DNA of 64,000 nucleotides from Oscillospiraceae bacterium (GTDB lineage Bacteria; Bacillota; Clostridia; Oscillospirales; SIG627): NCBI GenBank assembly GCA_015064635.1, contig SVRV01000003.1, positions 51,057 to 115,056 of the forward strand, read 5' to 3'. Shown piece by piece: positions 1 to 9,938 of this stretch (position 1 is its first letter; each line of letters starts with the position of its first letter). The notes under the pieces were generated by a model. It saw only the letters and a program-made list of their open reading frames with translations, ran no database searches and was not told where the DNA came from. The position numbers and the translations under genes were made by a program.

Positions 1-474
1 AGAAATGTTACAATGTCAAATATTATTTTCAAAGAATCAAGTCCCGCAATACTTATTGCTTCTGCTTATATGAAGCTTGGTAAAGTGGATATTGAAAACG
101 TTATGATAAGTAATATCATTGCCGATGATGTTGGACGTCCTATAACAATAATCGAAAGCAACAATTGCGTTGTTCGTAATATAAAAGTCTGCGGTTTTTC
201 GGGCAGAGTGATGTGTCAATGCAAGTTTGTGGCAGAAGAAGCAGGAAGTATCCAAAATATACAGCTCCGTGATGTGAATCTTGAGTATGTCAAGCCTTCT
301 TTTGAACACGGAGATAACAATCATGCTGAACGAGGTCTGTATGCGTTTGAATTAAACGGTGTTGACGGCGCATATTTTGATAACGTAAGAGTGAAAATTC
401 CAAGTGATATAGATTTGAAGCTGTACAGCGAGGAAAACTCTATTAATATTACAAAGAAAGACTGTAATTTTTAG
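1..474 (+). CDS. GH28-like/pectin-lyase-fold glycoside hydrolase, C-terminal part (5' end outside window)
   Basis: Frame is open from base 1; aligns with C-terminal third of the downstream paralog (SNIIFKE..PAI.IASAY; YSEENS.N.TK.DCNF). Confidence 0.75.
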   Translation, partial: RNVTMSNIIFKESSPAILIASAYMKLGKVDIENVMISNIIADDVGRPITIIESNNCVVRNIKVCGFSGRVMCQCKFVAEEAGSIQNIQLRDVNLEYVKPSFEHGDNNHAERGLYAFELNGVDGAYFDNVRVKIPSDIDLKLYSEENSINITKKDCNF

Positions 475-489
475 AAAGGTTATTATATC

Positions 490-1761
490 ATGGAAACAAA
501 TATCTTAAATTTCGGTGCGGTAGCCGATGGCAAAACACTTAACACAGAAGCCATTCAGAAGGCAATAGATACTGTGGCTGAGGCAGGCGGTGGCAGAGTA
601 ACAATACCCGCAGGAACATTCCTTACGGGAACAATTTGGCTGAAAAGTCATATTGAGCTTCACTTTGAAAACGGAGCGGTGCTGAAGGCATCCGAAAATC
701 TTAACGACTATAACGAGGAGGATGCATATCGCCAGAATTACGGCTTTACTCCCGAGGGATGGGTAGGTAAGCACCTAATTGTAGCTGTTGAGCAGACCGA
801 CGTATCTGTTACCGGTAAGGGTATTATAGATGGCTCAGGCTCGGCTTTCTTTGAAGAGCCCCAAAAAATGTTTTATACAGGATTTACATTCAGATACGGA
901 GTTGCATTCAGCAAGAAGGGTACTGTTCGTCCGGGACAGACGATGTGTATTATAGAGTGTCGGGATGTGACGATCCGTGATGTCTCAATCGTGGATTCTC
1001 CCTCATGGTGCTTCTTCATTCATGGAAGCGAGGACGTGATAATTAGCGGAATCAGAGTGAAAAATATACCCTGGCACGCCAATACAGACGGAATTGATAT
1101 TGATGCCTCGAAAAACGTTACTGTCTCCGACTGTATCATTGATACGGGTGACGATGCTTTTGCGATACGCTGTGCAGGTTATCGCATCCGTGAAGACCTT
1201 GATGTATGCGAGAATATTACAATAACCAACTGCGTATGTTATGCACGCTCCTCGGGTGTCAGAATTTCCGTAGGCAAGGGAACGATAAGAAATGTTGTAA
1301 TGTCGAACATTGTTTTCAGAGAGTGTTCTCCCGCAATAAACATTGCAAGTGCATATAACGGAAAAGGACATATAAATGTTGAAAATGTTATGATAAATAA
1401 CATTATAGCTGACGATGTGGGAATTCCCATAAGCATTTACGAAAATAATGATTGCCATATCAAGAACGTAAATATATCAAATTTCCGCGCAAGTGCTAAA
1501 TGCAGATGTCTTTTCAAGGCGGACGACATTGGCGCAGTGAGCAATATAAATCTGCGTGACGTTAATATTGAGCTTTCAAACCCCACTTTTGAGATGACAG
1601 ACCATACCCGCGAGAAGCGAGGCAAATGTGCCGTTGAGGTAAGCGGTGTCGATACTATTTGCTTTGACAATGTGAAAATAGAAAAGTCGGATGATGTCGA
1701 TCTTGACTTTTACAGTGAAGAGAACAGCGTGAATGTCACAAAAAGAGACTGTAATTTTTGA
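490..1761 (+). CDS. Glycoside hydrolase family 28-like protein (beta-helix)
   Basis: FGAVADGKTLNTEAIQKAID...GGG.V.IPAG.FLTG N-terminus; NTDGID and TGDD catalytic motifs; RBS GAAAGG. Confidence 0.85.
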   Translation: METNILNFGAVADGKTLNTEAIQKAIDTVAEAGGGRVTIPAGTFLTGTIWLKSHIELHFENGAVLKASENLNDYNEEDAYRQNYGFTPEGWVGKHLIVAVEQTDVSVTGKGIIDGSGSAFFEEPQKMFYTGFTFRYGVAFSKKGTVRPGQTMCIIECRDVTIRDVSIVDSPSWCFFIHGSEDVIISGIRVKNIPWHANTDGIDIDASKNVTVSDCIIDTGDDAFAIRCAGYRIREDLDVCENITITNCVCYARSSGVRISVGKGTIRNVVMSNIVFRECSPAINIASAYNGKGHINVENVMINNIIADDVGIPISIYENNDCHIKNVNISNFRASAKCRCLFKADDIGAVSNINLRDVNIELSNPTFEMTDHTREKRGKCAVEVSGVDTICFDNVKIEKSDDVDLDFYSEENSVNVTKRDCNF

Positions 1762-1813
1762 TTATATAAGGACACCCCACTTACACTCGCTAAAACTTTT
1801 TAAAAAAGGCTTA

Positions 1814-1852
1814 AAAAATCCCTTTGAACATAAAATGCTCAAAGGGATTTTT
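1814..1852. terminator. Bidirectional intrinsic terminator
   Basis: AAAAATCCCTTTGA...TCAAAGGGATTTTT between convergent genes. Confidence 0.8.
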
Positions 1853-1856
1853 CATT

Positions 1857-2774
1857 TTACCGAGGGGTGTGTCTGCGTTTCTTAAATGAATTGCTTATTT
1901 CCTTCTTTTCTTCGTAAAATGCTCTGAATTCGTCTGTCATGGGAAGCACAGCTCTTTTTACTCTGTATTTTTCCTCTTTTCTTACGAATTTAAGCCTCAC
2001 AAAAAGCTCACTGCCGCATTCACACTTTGCAATACCAAGTGTTTTGCAGGGATTTTGCCTTATAAATCCGTGAGCATTGACCTTATTTTGACAGTCGGGG
2101 CATTCTACTTCATAAACCTCGCTGTCACGAAGTGCTGCACGCTTGGTTTCGTATTCACCGCCGCAGAAATCTGTTTCTTCACCGAATGGTGTCAGAAAAA
2201 TTGCCTTCAGCTCATCGTAATTCTCAAGGCCCGAAACCATATCCAGGTGACGGCAGACAATGGCGGTGTTTTTTGCATCGTGAAGTGCATTGTGTGCTTC
2301 CTCACCTGTCTCACCGAGTGTCTCAAGCGCTCCCGAAAGAGACATCTGTCGGTGCTCCTTTGTTATTTGAGCATCAAAAATTACCTGAAGGTTATAGTTT
2401 TTTGGTATGTATTCCGTATCAATGGAGTGAAGTATCATATTGTCCTTTAAAACGGGAATGTCATCGGGTCCCCAAGTAAGTAATACAATATCGTCTCCGC
2501 ACCACTTGCGAAATAGCGAAAATGCCTCGGGGAAGGGAGTTCCGTTTTTTAACTCCTCGTTTGTAATTCCCGTGAGTGTCTGCACTTTCTTATGCATCTT
2601 TTTGTAGTACTTTGGCGAGATGATTATATTGAAGGTGTCTGTGACACAAAAGCTCTCATCAAGCTTTACCGCACCTATCTGCACAACCTCTGCGTGAAGT
2701 ACAACAGGCTCGGTCACCGTCATTTTTGCATATAACGGCTGATTCCATTCCATATCAAGTATAATGTAGTTCAT
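1857..2774 (-). CDS. DEDDh 3'-5' exonuclease (ERI-1/KapD-like) with C-terminal Cys cluster
   Basis: ILDMEWNQ, WGPDD, AHNALHDA motifs; CPDC...CECG tail. Confidence 0.8.
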   Translation of the reverse strand: MNYIILDMEWNQPLYAKMTVTEPVVLHAEVVQIGAVKLDESFCVTDTFNIIISPKYYKKMHKKVQTLTGITNEELKNGTPFPEAFSLFRKWCGDDIVLLTWGPDDIPVLKDNMILHSIDTEYIPKNYNLQVIFDAQITKEHRQMSLSGALETLGETGEEAHNALHDAKNTAIVCRHLDMVSGLENYDELKAIFLTPFGEETDFCGGEYETKRAALRDSEVYEVECPDCQNKVNAHGFIRQNPCKTLGIAKCECGSELFVRLKFVRKEEKYRVKRAVLPMTDEFRAFYEEKKEISNSFKKRRHTPR

Positions 2775-2825
2775 TTTTTGTTATCCTTAATTTTAATGAC
2801 CTCAATATGATATCATAAAACATGA

Positions 2826-2855
2826 AAAAATGCAACACCCGAGTGTTGCATTTTT
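2826..2855 (-). terminator. Intrinsic terminator
   Basis: AAAAATGCAACAC-CCGA-GTGTTGCATTTTT just after the isomerase stop. Confidence 0.8.
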
Positions 2856-2861
2856 ATTAAC

Positions 2862-3695
2862 TTATATCATCTCACGAAGTCGCTTCAACGCATCGAGGAA
2901 GGCTTCCTCGGCTGTTTCGTAAGCGTAGGGGTAGGAGAATACCGAGTTTGTGAGCTTCTTGAGTCCTTCAAAGGTCTGGAGGTGGGGCTCAAGGGTGATA
3001 TACACATCACGATCAGCGGTTTTTGCAAAATCCGAGAGAATATCGGCAATTCTTCCTTCACCAAGTCCGGGAGGCACTATCTCTTTTTTAGCTGTGCCGT
3101 CCTTGATGTGGAAGTACTCGATTTTATCCTTCAGCATGGTATATGCTTCCCAGGGGTCATATGTTCCCAGACGGAAGTTACCCATGTCGAATACGCACTT
3201 CATTCTTTCCCCAAGTGCCTCAAACAAGTCAAAGCACATCTCGGGCTCTTCACCGTAGATTCCGCCCTCGTTTTCGTGGCAGAGTGTTATTCCGTAGCTG
3301 TCTGCAATGTCAAGCATTGCATTGATTCTTGAGAGCACCTCACTTCTGTGTGCCTTCTTTTCATCCTTGGGCATATAGAAGGAGAACATTCTGATGTTTT
3401 TACAATCAAGTGCTTTTGCGATCTTGCAGGTACGCTCGGTGAGCTCAAGATGGGGCTGCATGGGGTCGTCAATCTTTATTTTACCAAGGGGTGAGCCGAT
3501 AGAGGACACCTTTATTCCCGCAGCTTTTACCTTCTTTGAAACCTCTTCAAGCTGGTTGTCGTCAAGGCTTGAAATATTTGTGCCCGATACATTTCTCGGC
3601 TCAATGGCGGGGATGTTGTTTTCCTTCAGAGCCGAGAGCTGTGTATCAAAGTTGGGGCTGTATTCATCGGCAAATGCCGAAATGATATATTTCAT
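2862..3695 (-). CDS. Sugar phosphate isomerase/epimerase (xylose isomerase-like TIM barrel)
   Basis: ISAFADE, HENE, FDMGN, HIKD, LEPH metal ligands; start moved to ATG after GGAG. Confidence 0.85.
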   Translation of the reverse strand: MKYIISAFADEYSPNFDTQLSALKENNIPAIEPRNVSGTNISSLDDNQLEEVSKKVKAAGIKVSSIGSPLGKIKIDDPMQPHLELTERTCKIAKALDCKNIRMFSFYMPKDEKKAHRSEVLSRINAMLDIADSYGITLCHENEGGIYGEEPEMCFDLFEALGERMKCVFDMGNFRLGTYDPWEAYTMLKDKIEYFHIKDGTAKKEIVPPGLGEGRIADILSDFAKTADRDVYITLEPHLQTFEGLKKLTNSVFSYPYAYETAEEAFLDALKRLREMI

Positions 3696-3696
3696 A

Positions 3697-4566
3697 TTAT
3701 ATCTCCTCAAATGTGTGTACGGCTTCTTCCTTGCCGCTTTCTATGGAACGCATTATGGCAGAAATTACAAACACAGGGGCGATAAATTCGCTGTATGACT
3801 GTCTCTGCTTGCCTGCATAAAGGTCATGGAATTCCTCAAATTCACGGTTGAATACATTCTCAAGAGTGTATTCTCCTCCTGCAAGTCCCTTTTCGGAGCT
3901 TACTGTTGCGGAGTAGGAGTAGTAACCCTCGGTAAATGTGATGGTTACGTCAAACTCTTCGTATCTTACTACAACAGTTACGATAGGACGCTTGTCGAAG
4001 GCGATGACAGACTTGGGGTAATATCCGAATATCTCACACATTACCTGAACGAGATGCTGTGAATAGAACCAGAATCCGCCATACTCGTTATCAATGCTGA
4101 CGGGTGCTCTGAGAAAGCCTCCGAATACCTTTCCGTATTCTCCTTCTTTTACTCCCTTTGCAAGGTCACGCACAAGGTCTGCATGGGGGCAGGATGAACC
4201 GCCGGTTACAAGGATGTTTTTTGCCTTCAGCTCCTTCATAAAGGAAACAGCTTCTTCTTCGTCGCAGGTGATAGGCTTGTCAAGGAACATGGGGATGCCG
4301 CTTTCAATATAAGGCTTTGCGTACTTGTAGTGGTTTGCACCGTGACGTGCTGTCACCATAATGCCGTCAACCTTACCAACAAGCTCGTCGTAAGACTTCA
4401 TCACGGGAACGCCGAACTCCTCGCAGAGCTTCTCGGCAGCGCCCTCGTATTCGCTGAATACACCAACAAATTCAATGTCATCTGCAAACATTTTATCCTT
4501 GATGTTTGCCTTTAAAAAGTTATTGGCATGGGAATTCTCGCATCCAAGTATTGCAATCTTTTTCAT
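3697..4566 (-). CDS. Gfo/Idh/MocA-family oxidoreductase
   Basis: KIAILG.ENSHA Rossmann start, FLDKP motif. Confidence 0.8.
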   Translation of the reverse strand: MKKIAILGCENSHANNFLKANIKDKMFADDIEFVGVFSEYEGAAEKLCEEFGVPVMKSYDELVGKVDGIMVTARHGANHYKYAKPYIESGIPMFLDKPITCDEEEAVSFMKELKAKNILVTGGSSCPHADLVRDLAKGVKEGEYGKVFGGFLRAPVSIDNEYGGFWFYSQHLVQVMCEIFGYYPKSVIAFDKRPIVTVVVRYEEFDVTITFTEGYYSYSATVSSEKGLAGGEYTLENVFNREFEEFHDLYAGKQRQSYSEFIAPVFVISAIMRSIESGKEEAVHTFEEI

Positions 4567-4568
4567 TC

Positions 4569-5639
4569 TTAATACTTCCTTTCAAGGGGATTCTGAGCAT
4601 GAATTGCTTCGATTACACCTATAATCTTGGCACCATGTTCGGGGCCGATGGGAAGGGGAGTGCCGTTCACAATTTTCTCGTAAACTGTGTTGTAAAGATT
4701 CTTGGTTCCGATATCAAATGCAGTTCCGTCAAACTTACCCTCTTCTTCGTGAGTTATGAGCTTTTCCGCACAGTATGTAGGCTCACCGTTTTCGAGTCTG
4801 AGAGTGTCGATAACAACGGGTCTTTCGGGATTTTCGCCGTCAACAACATATTTGTATTTGTAGGTTGTGGGTGTATACTCGGCACATCCTCTTGAGCCAA
4901 ACAGCTTCACATTAAAAGGACTGTAAGCGTCAACGGATATAACCTCAAGGTCAACTACGGGTTTACCGGGAGCTGTGATGATAGCCTTTGCAAAGTCATC
5001 CGAGTCACCGCTTGTCATGCAACGAGCAAGCTTTGAGTACTCAACCTTGATTTCATCGGAAAATCCGAGCATATCACATACAAAGCCTACAGGGTGAGGA
5101 CCTGTGTTGTAGAGACCTCCGGCGTTCTTCACCTGGAGAGTCTGCCAGTCCCAACGGCGTGCAAAGTTGTTATATTTGATTGATACCTGCTGGATTTCAC
5201 CAAGCTTGCCCGATGCCATAAGGTTCTTGATATCCTGATAGAAGGGAGCGAAGAAGGACTGCTGGAACACCGCAAGGGTAACGTTGTTTTCCTTAGCTGT
5301 CTTTATCATATCTTCACATTCGTAGCGTGTTCTTGCCATAGGCTTTTCAACAAGAACGTTAAAGCCGTGATTCATCAAATCAATTGACACGGGATAGTGC
5401 ATATCCGAGTAGGTCGAATTCACCACGAGGTCAATATCATCTCTTCCGAAAAGCTCTGTGTAATCACTGTAAACCTCACAGCCTTCGTATAAATCCTTTG
5501 CTCTGTTTCGTCTTACCTCGTCCATATCAACGACGGCCACGACCTCGAATTTATCATTGGCTTCGCTTCTGAAGAAAGCGCCGTGTATGTTTTTGCCGCT
5601 TCTTCCTTGTCCGATTATTGCTACTCTTAATTTTTTCAT
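4569..5639 (-). CDS. Gfo/Idh/MocA-family oxidoreductase
   Basis: VAIIGQGRSG, VLVEKP, GGLYNTGPH; start at ATG after GGAGG. Confidence 0.9.
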   Translation of the reverse strand: MKKLRVAIIGQGRSGKNIHGAFFRSEANDKFEVVAVVDMDEVRRNRAKDLYEGCEVYSDYTELFGRDDIDLVVNSTYSDMHYPVSIDLMNHGFNVLVEKPMARTRYECEDMIKTAKENNVTLAVFQQSFFAPFYQDIKNLMASGKLGEIQQVSIKYNNFARRWDWQTLQVKNAGGLYNTGPHPVGFVCDMLGFSDEIKVEYSKLARCMTSGDSDDFAKAIITAPGKPVVDLEVISVDAYSPFNVKLFGSRGCAEYTPTTYKYKYVVDGENPERPVVIDTLRLENGEPTYCAEKLITHEEEGKFDGTAFDIGTKNLYNTVYEKIVNGTPLPIGPEHGAKIIGVIEAIHAQNPLERKY

Positions 5640-5766
5640 GTTATACCTCCAATATTTGGTGTTATAATCATTATACTGTTGATTTTTTGAAATGTAAATA
5701 TCAAAAATTCGTATATGTATTGCATTTTCTGTATTTTTGTTATAAAATATAGGGGAGGTGATATAA

Positions 5767-6573
5767 GTGAGTGAAATTGCTGTCCTTGCAGGGAACCATA
5801 CATACTTTGAAAAGATAATGCCGGACTCGATAGATATCCACGAGCATGATGTATGGGAATTTATGTTTTTCATTAAAGTGAGCGGAGTATATTTCATGGA
5901 AGGTAAGGCGTACCGTCTTCACGAAAACGACGTTTTACTCATTCCGCCGAGAATACAGCACAGAATCATAATGGATGCCCCCTCAGAATATGAAAGATAC
6001 AATATGCTCTTTGATTCGGCTCTTCTGCCCGAAGATCTGAAAGCTATGCTCCCGCAGATAAATACTATCATTCACCTTGAGGATAACGGAGTAAAAGCAC
6101 TTTTGTCAAGCTTTGACGTGTATATGTCCTCATTTGATAAAAAGACAGCTTTTATAGGCTTTGACGCAGTGCTGAAGGCGTTGTTGTTGCGTATGTACCT
6201 TGTGTCGGGGGAGAGCGACAGAAAGCAGACCTCCAGAGTCAATCCCATTATAACACGTGCAACTGCCTATATTCAGAAAAACCTTGTGTCAATTGACAGC
6301 GTTGACGATGTATGTGCGGCACTGTTTATAACTAACAGTCACTTGCACCACCTGTTTCAAAAGTATCTTATGACCTCACCGGGGAAGTATATAATGTCCA
6401 AACGTATCTTTGAGGCACAAAGGCTTATACGAAGCGGAGAGCTCCCGATACGTGCCGCATCAAAGGTCGGCTTTGACAATTACGCAACGTTTTACCGTAA
6501 CTATAAAAAGTTTTTCGGTCACTCTCCCTCGGAGGAGAATATGATAAATGTTGTAAGAGAGCAATATTTTTAA
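5767..6573 (+). CDS. AraC-family transcriptional regulator
   Basis: Cupin HEHDVWE N-terminus; C-terminal double HTH (VGFDNYATFYRNYKKFFG.SP). Confidence 0.9.
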   Translation: MSEIAVLAGNHTYFEKIMPDSIDIHEHDVWEFMFFIKVSGVYFMEGKAYRLHENDVLLIPPRIQHRIIMDAPSEYERYNMLFDSALLPEDLKAMLPQINTIIHLEDNGVKALLSSFDVYMSSFDKKTAFIGFDAVLKALLLRMYLVSGESDRKQTSRVNPIITRATAYIQKNLVSIDSVDDVCAALFITNSHLHHLFQKYLMTSPGKYIMSKRIFEAQRLIRSGELPIRAASKVGFDNYATFYRNYKKFFGHSPSEENMINVVREQYF

Positions 6574-6675
6574 TTAAAAAAGCAATATTTGTATTGCAAA
6601 AAGTCAATATTTGTTATATACTGAAATCGGTAATTTAGAAACCTTTAACAATTTTTATATACGGAGGAAAAAACA

Positions 6676-7854
6676 ATGGCAGATAAGACAATGGAAAATC
6701 TCAATGACCTCAGTGCCAGAGAAACCGTTAAGGAAGTATCCGACAAGAAGGTCAGAGTTGCTATCATCGGATGCGGATGGATCGCAGGTGCTCATATAGC
6801 AGCTTACAAGAACCAGAAGGATGTTGAAATCGTTGCGGGATGCGACCTTATTCCCGGAAAGGCAAAGGCTTTCTTTGAGCAGTACGGAGTAGAGGGTGTT
6901 AAGACAGACTACGCTTCTCACAAGGAAATGATAGACGACAAGAGCCTTAAGCTTGATGCGGTTTCTATTTGTACATACAACCGTCAGCATGCGGCTCCCG
7001 CTATCTATGCTCTTGAAAACGGAATCAACGTTATGCTTGAAAAGCCCTTTACCGTAACTCTTGATGAGGCAATTGAGGTAATGCGTGCAGAGAAGAAGAG
7101 CGGTAAGGTTCTTTCAATCGGCTTCCAGCCCAGAATGGATGCCAACATGCAGCAGATCAAGAAGATAGTTGAATCGGGTGAGCTTGGTCAGATCTACTAC
7201 ATTCAGACAGGCGGCGGACGTCGCAGAGGTATCCCCACACCCTACGGAACATCATTTATTGCTTCGGAAACAGGCGGTATCGGTGCTATGGGCGATATCG
7301 GATGCTACTCTCTTGATATGGTACTCAACGCTATCGGCTATCCAAAGCCTCTCACAGTTTCAGGCTATAAGTCAGCATTCTTCGGTACAGATCCCAAGTA
7401 TTGTGGCTATCCCGATGATAAGAAGGCTGAATATGCAAAGGCATTCGGCGTTGAAGATTTCGCCGCAGGCTTTGTAAGACTTGAGGGCGGTATCGTTCTC
7501 GACTTCCGTATTGCATGGGCAATGAATCTTGACACCCCCGGTGACACAATTATCATGGGTACTAAGGGAAGCCTTCGTATTCCTTCAACTGACTGCTGGA
7601 ACGGAACAGTTGGCGGTCCTATGAAGATTTACCACGAGGTTGCAGGTCTCCAGACAGAGACAATCGTTCCCATCATTGATTCCAAGGTCAGCCTCTTCGA
7701 TATGAAGATCAGAACCTTCCTTGATGCTTGTAAGAACGGTACTCCCGCTCCTGTTCCTTCAAGTCAGATCATCTACAACCAGGCTATTATCGACGGTATC
7801 GTAAGATCTGCTGAGCTCGGTCACGAAATCGAGATCGAAATTCCCGAAATCTAA
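6676..7854 (+). CDS. Gfo/Idh/MocA-family oxidoreductase
   Basis: VAIIGCGWIA, MLEKP, GAMGDIGCY; RBS GGAGG. Confidence 0.9.
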   Translation: MADKTMENLNDLSARETVKEVSDKKVRVAIIGCGWIAGAHIAAYKNQKDVEIVAGCDLIPGKAKAFFEQYGVEGVKTDYASHKEMIDDKSLKLDAVSICTYNRQHAAPAIYALENGINVMLEKPFTVTLDEAIEVMRAEKKSGKVLSIGFQPRMDANMQQIKKIVESGELGQIYYIQTGGGRRRGIPTPYGTSFIASETGGIGAMGDIGCYSLDMVLNAIGYPKPLTVSGYKSAFFGTDPKYCGYPDDKKAEYAKAFGVEDFAAGFVRLEGGIVLDFRIAWAMNLDTPGDTIIMGTKGSLRIPSTDCWNGTVGGPMKIYHEVAGLQTETIVPIIDSKVSLFDMKIRTFLDACKNGTPAPVPSSQIIYNQAIIDGIVRSAELGHEIEIEIPEI

Positions 7855-7874
7855 AATACAATGACAATTGCGAA

Positions 7875-7909
7875 TGGTGCACAAATGATTTTGTGCACCA
7901 TATTTTTTT
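7875..7909 (+). terminator. Intrinsic terminator
   Basis: TGGTGCACAAA-TGAT-TTTGTGCACCA followed by T tract. Confidence 0.75.
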
Positions 7910-7918
7910 GATTTGGTA

Positions 7919-7947
7919 TTGCTTTTGTTCGAGTTTTAGAATATAAT
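7919..7947 (+). promoter_or_regulatory. sigmaA-type promoter of the RM cassette with a candidate operator
   Basis: TTGCTT-17 bp-TATAAT; imperfect dyad TGTTC-N8-GAATA at 7926-7943. Confidence 0.55.
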
Positions 7948-7977
7948 ATATACATAATGTATAAGGAGTGTAACAAA

Positions 7978-9045
7978 ATGGAAGTTATGTCTGCAAAAGA
8001 AGCGGCTGACAAATGGGGAATATCTCAAAGACGTGTAGCTGTTCTTTGTTCCGAAAACAGAATAGAAAATGCTCAACTTTTGGGGAATATGTGGCTTATA
8101 CCAATAAATGCAGAAAAGCCTATTGATGGAAGAAGTAAAAGATATATTGAAACAGATAAAAGTGTAAGACCATTTTTGAAATGGGCAGGCGGTAAAGGTC
8201 AGCTGTTAAATAATCTTTCAAAATATTATCCCTTTGATGAAGGCAAAATAACAAAATATGCAGAGCCTTTTGTTGGCGGCGGAGCAGTTCTTTTTGATAT
8301 TCTCAATAAATATAGCCTTGAAGGAATATATATATGTGACAACAATGCAGAACTCATGAACGCATACAAAATGGTGCGCGACAGTATCGAAGAAGTGATT
8401 TACTTCCTTTCAATGTATCAGCAGGAATTTATACCGCTTGATGACAATGGTAGAAAAATGTATTACTCTTCAAAAAGAGACAGATATAATTCTTTGAGCT
8501 TAATACGAAGCGACCTTGAACGAATTGAGAAAGCAGCTCTTATGATTTTTCTCAATAGGACATGTTTCAATGGCCTTTACAGGGTAAACAGAAAAGGACA
8601 GTTTAATGTTCCAATGGGCTCATATAAAACTCCGCTTATTTGCGACGAAAATAATTTGAGAGCAGTTTCTGATAAATTGCAAGATGTTATCATTGCTTGT
8701 GGCGATTTTAGAGATTCCGAAAGCTTTATAGATGAAAATACTTTTGTTTATTTTGACCCACCGTATAGACCTCTCAATCAGACTTCAAGTTTTACTGCTT
8801 ATACCGAAGATAATTTTGATGACAATATGCAGATAGCTCTTGCTGAATTTGCAAAAGAAATGAGTAATAGAGGAGCAAAAGTTGTTGTTAGTAATTCAGA
8901 TCCTAAAAATGTAGCTCCCGATGATAATTTCTTTGATGACTTATATAACACTTTTAACATTTGCAGGGTTGAGGCTAATAGAATGATAAATAGCAATAGC
9001 CAAGCAAGAGGAAAAATAAAAGAACTTTTGATATCTAATTTTTAA
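7978..9045 (+). CDS. Dam/DpnM-family DNA adenine methyltransferase with N-terminal HTH fusion
   Basis: PFLKWAGGK, YAEPFVGGGAV, FNGLYRVN..G.FNVP.G, YFDPPY; ~55 aa N-terminal HTH (AKEAADKWGISQRRV...W.IP..AEKP.DGR). Confidence 0.92.
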   Translation: MEVMSAKEAADKWGISQRRVAVLCSENRIENAQLLGNMWLIPINAEKPIDGRSKRYIETDKSVRPFLKWAGGKGQLLNNLSKYYPFDEGKITKYAEPFVGGGAVLFDILNKYSLEGIYICDNNAELMNAYKMVRDSIEEVIYFLSMYQQEFIPLDDNGRKMYYSSKRDRYNSLSLIRSDLERIEKAALMIFLNRTCFNGLYRVNRKGQFNVPMGSYKTPLICDENNLRAVSDKLQDVIIACGDFRDSESFIDENTFVYFDPPYRPLNQTSSFTAYTEDNFDDNMQIALAEFAKEMSNRGAKVVVSNSDPKNVAPDDNFFDDLYNTFNICRVEANRMINSNSQARGKIKELLISNF

Positions 9046-9056
9046 GGAGATTTATT

Positions 9057-9938
9057 ATGGCGAATAAAGATTTTAATATTTGGTTATCAACTTTTCGTGA
9101 AAGTATTGCAAACTATGGCTATTATATAGACTTTGAAAAGGTTCATAGAAATGTAGACGGTATAAAAATTGAACTTAATATTTTAAATTCTCTAATTGGT
9201 TCTCAAAATATTGAGTACGATTTCGAACAGCTACTTAAAAAGTATCCCGAAGTATTGAAATGTATACCTTTACTTTTAGCAGTTAGGGCAAATGAAATTT
9301 ATTGTCAGGATGAGAATGGTAGTTATTTGTTCAATTTTGATGTTGGTAAATACTGTCCCAATAGCCACGTTTGTCACGAAAAATATAAATATTTTATGAA
9401 AGAAACGGGGTTGTTTGATTTGTTGGAGAATCATATTGTCAACAATTTGGTTGATTATGCAACGGGCGTTGAAACCGGACTTGATTCCAATGGTCGTAAA
9501 AATCGTGGCGGACATCTTATGGAAGATTTAGTTGAAAGTTTTATTCAAAAAGCTGGATTTGTCAAAGATGTTAACTATTTCAAAGAAATGTTTATTCATC
9601 AAATTACCGACAAATGGAATATAGATTTATCAGCAATTTCAAATCAAGGAAAAATGGAAAAACGTTTTGATTTTGTCATTAAGACACCTAACATGATTTA
9701 TGGTATAGAAACTAATTTCTATGGCAGCGGTGGTTCAAAACTAAACGAAACTGCACGTAGCTATAAAACGCTTGCTTTAGAAACGGATACTATAGACGGA
9801 TTTACTTTTGTATGGTTTACTGATGGAAAAGGATGGACAAGCGCCCGTAATAATCTTGAAGAAACTTTTGATGTTATGGAGCACGTTTATAACATTAAGG
9901 ATTTAGAAAACGGTATAATCAATGAGGTCTTCAAATAA
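9057..9938 (+). CDS. DpnII-family type II restriction endonuclease (GATC expected)
   Basis: DY.TGVETGLDSNGRKNRGG, KRFDFVI, IETNFYGSGGSKLNETARSY, FVWFTDG.GW. Confidence 0.92.
   Translation: MANKDFNIWLSTFRESIANYGYYIDFEKVHRNVDGIKIELNILNSLIGSQNIEYDFEQLLKKYPEVLKCIPLLLAVRANEIYCQDENGSYLFNFDVGKYCPNSHVCHEKYKYFMKETGLFDLLENHIVNNLVDYATGVETGLDSNGRKNRGGHLMEDLVESFIQKAGFVKDVNYFKEMFIHQITDKWNIDLSAISNQGKMEKRFDFVIKTPNMIYGIETNFYGSGGSKLNETARSYKTLALETDTIDGFTFVWFTDGKGWTSARNNLEETFDVMEHVYNIKDLENGIINEVFK

Noticed and set aside
5640-5897. N-terminal extensions of ORF-track calls (4569-5897, 22184, 30486, 31962, 35527)
   Set aside because: They run through promoters or neighbouring genes; downstream starts have proper RBS and begin at the domain boundary
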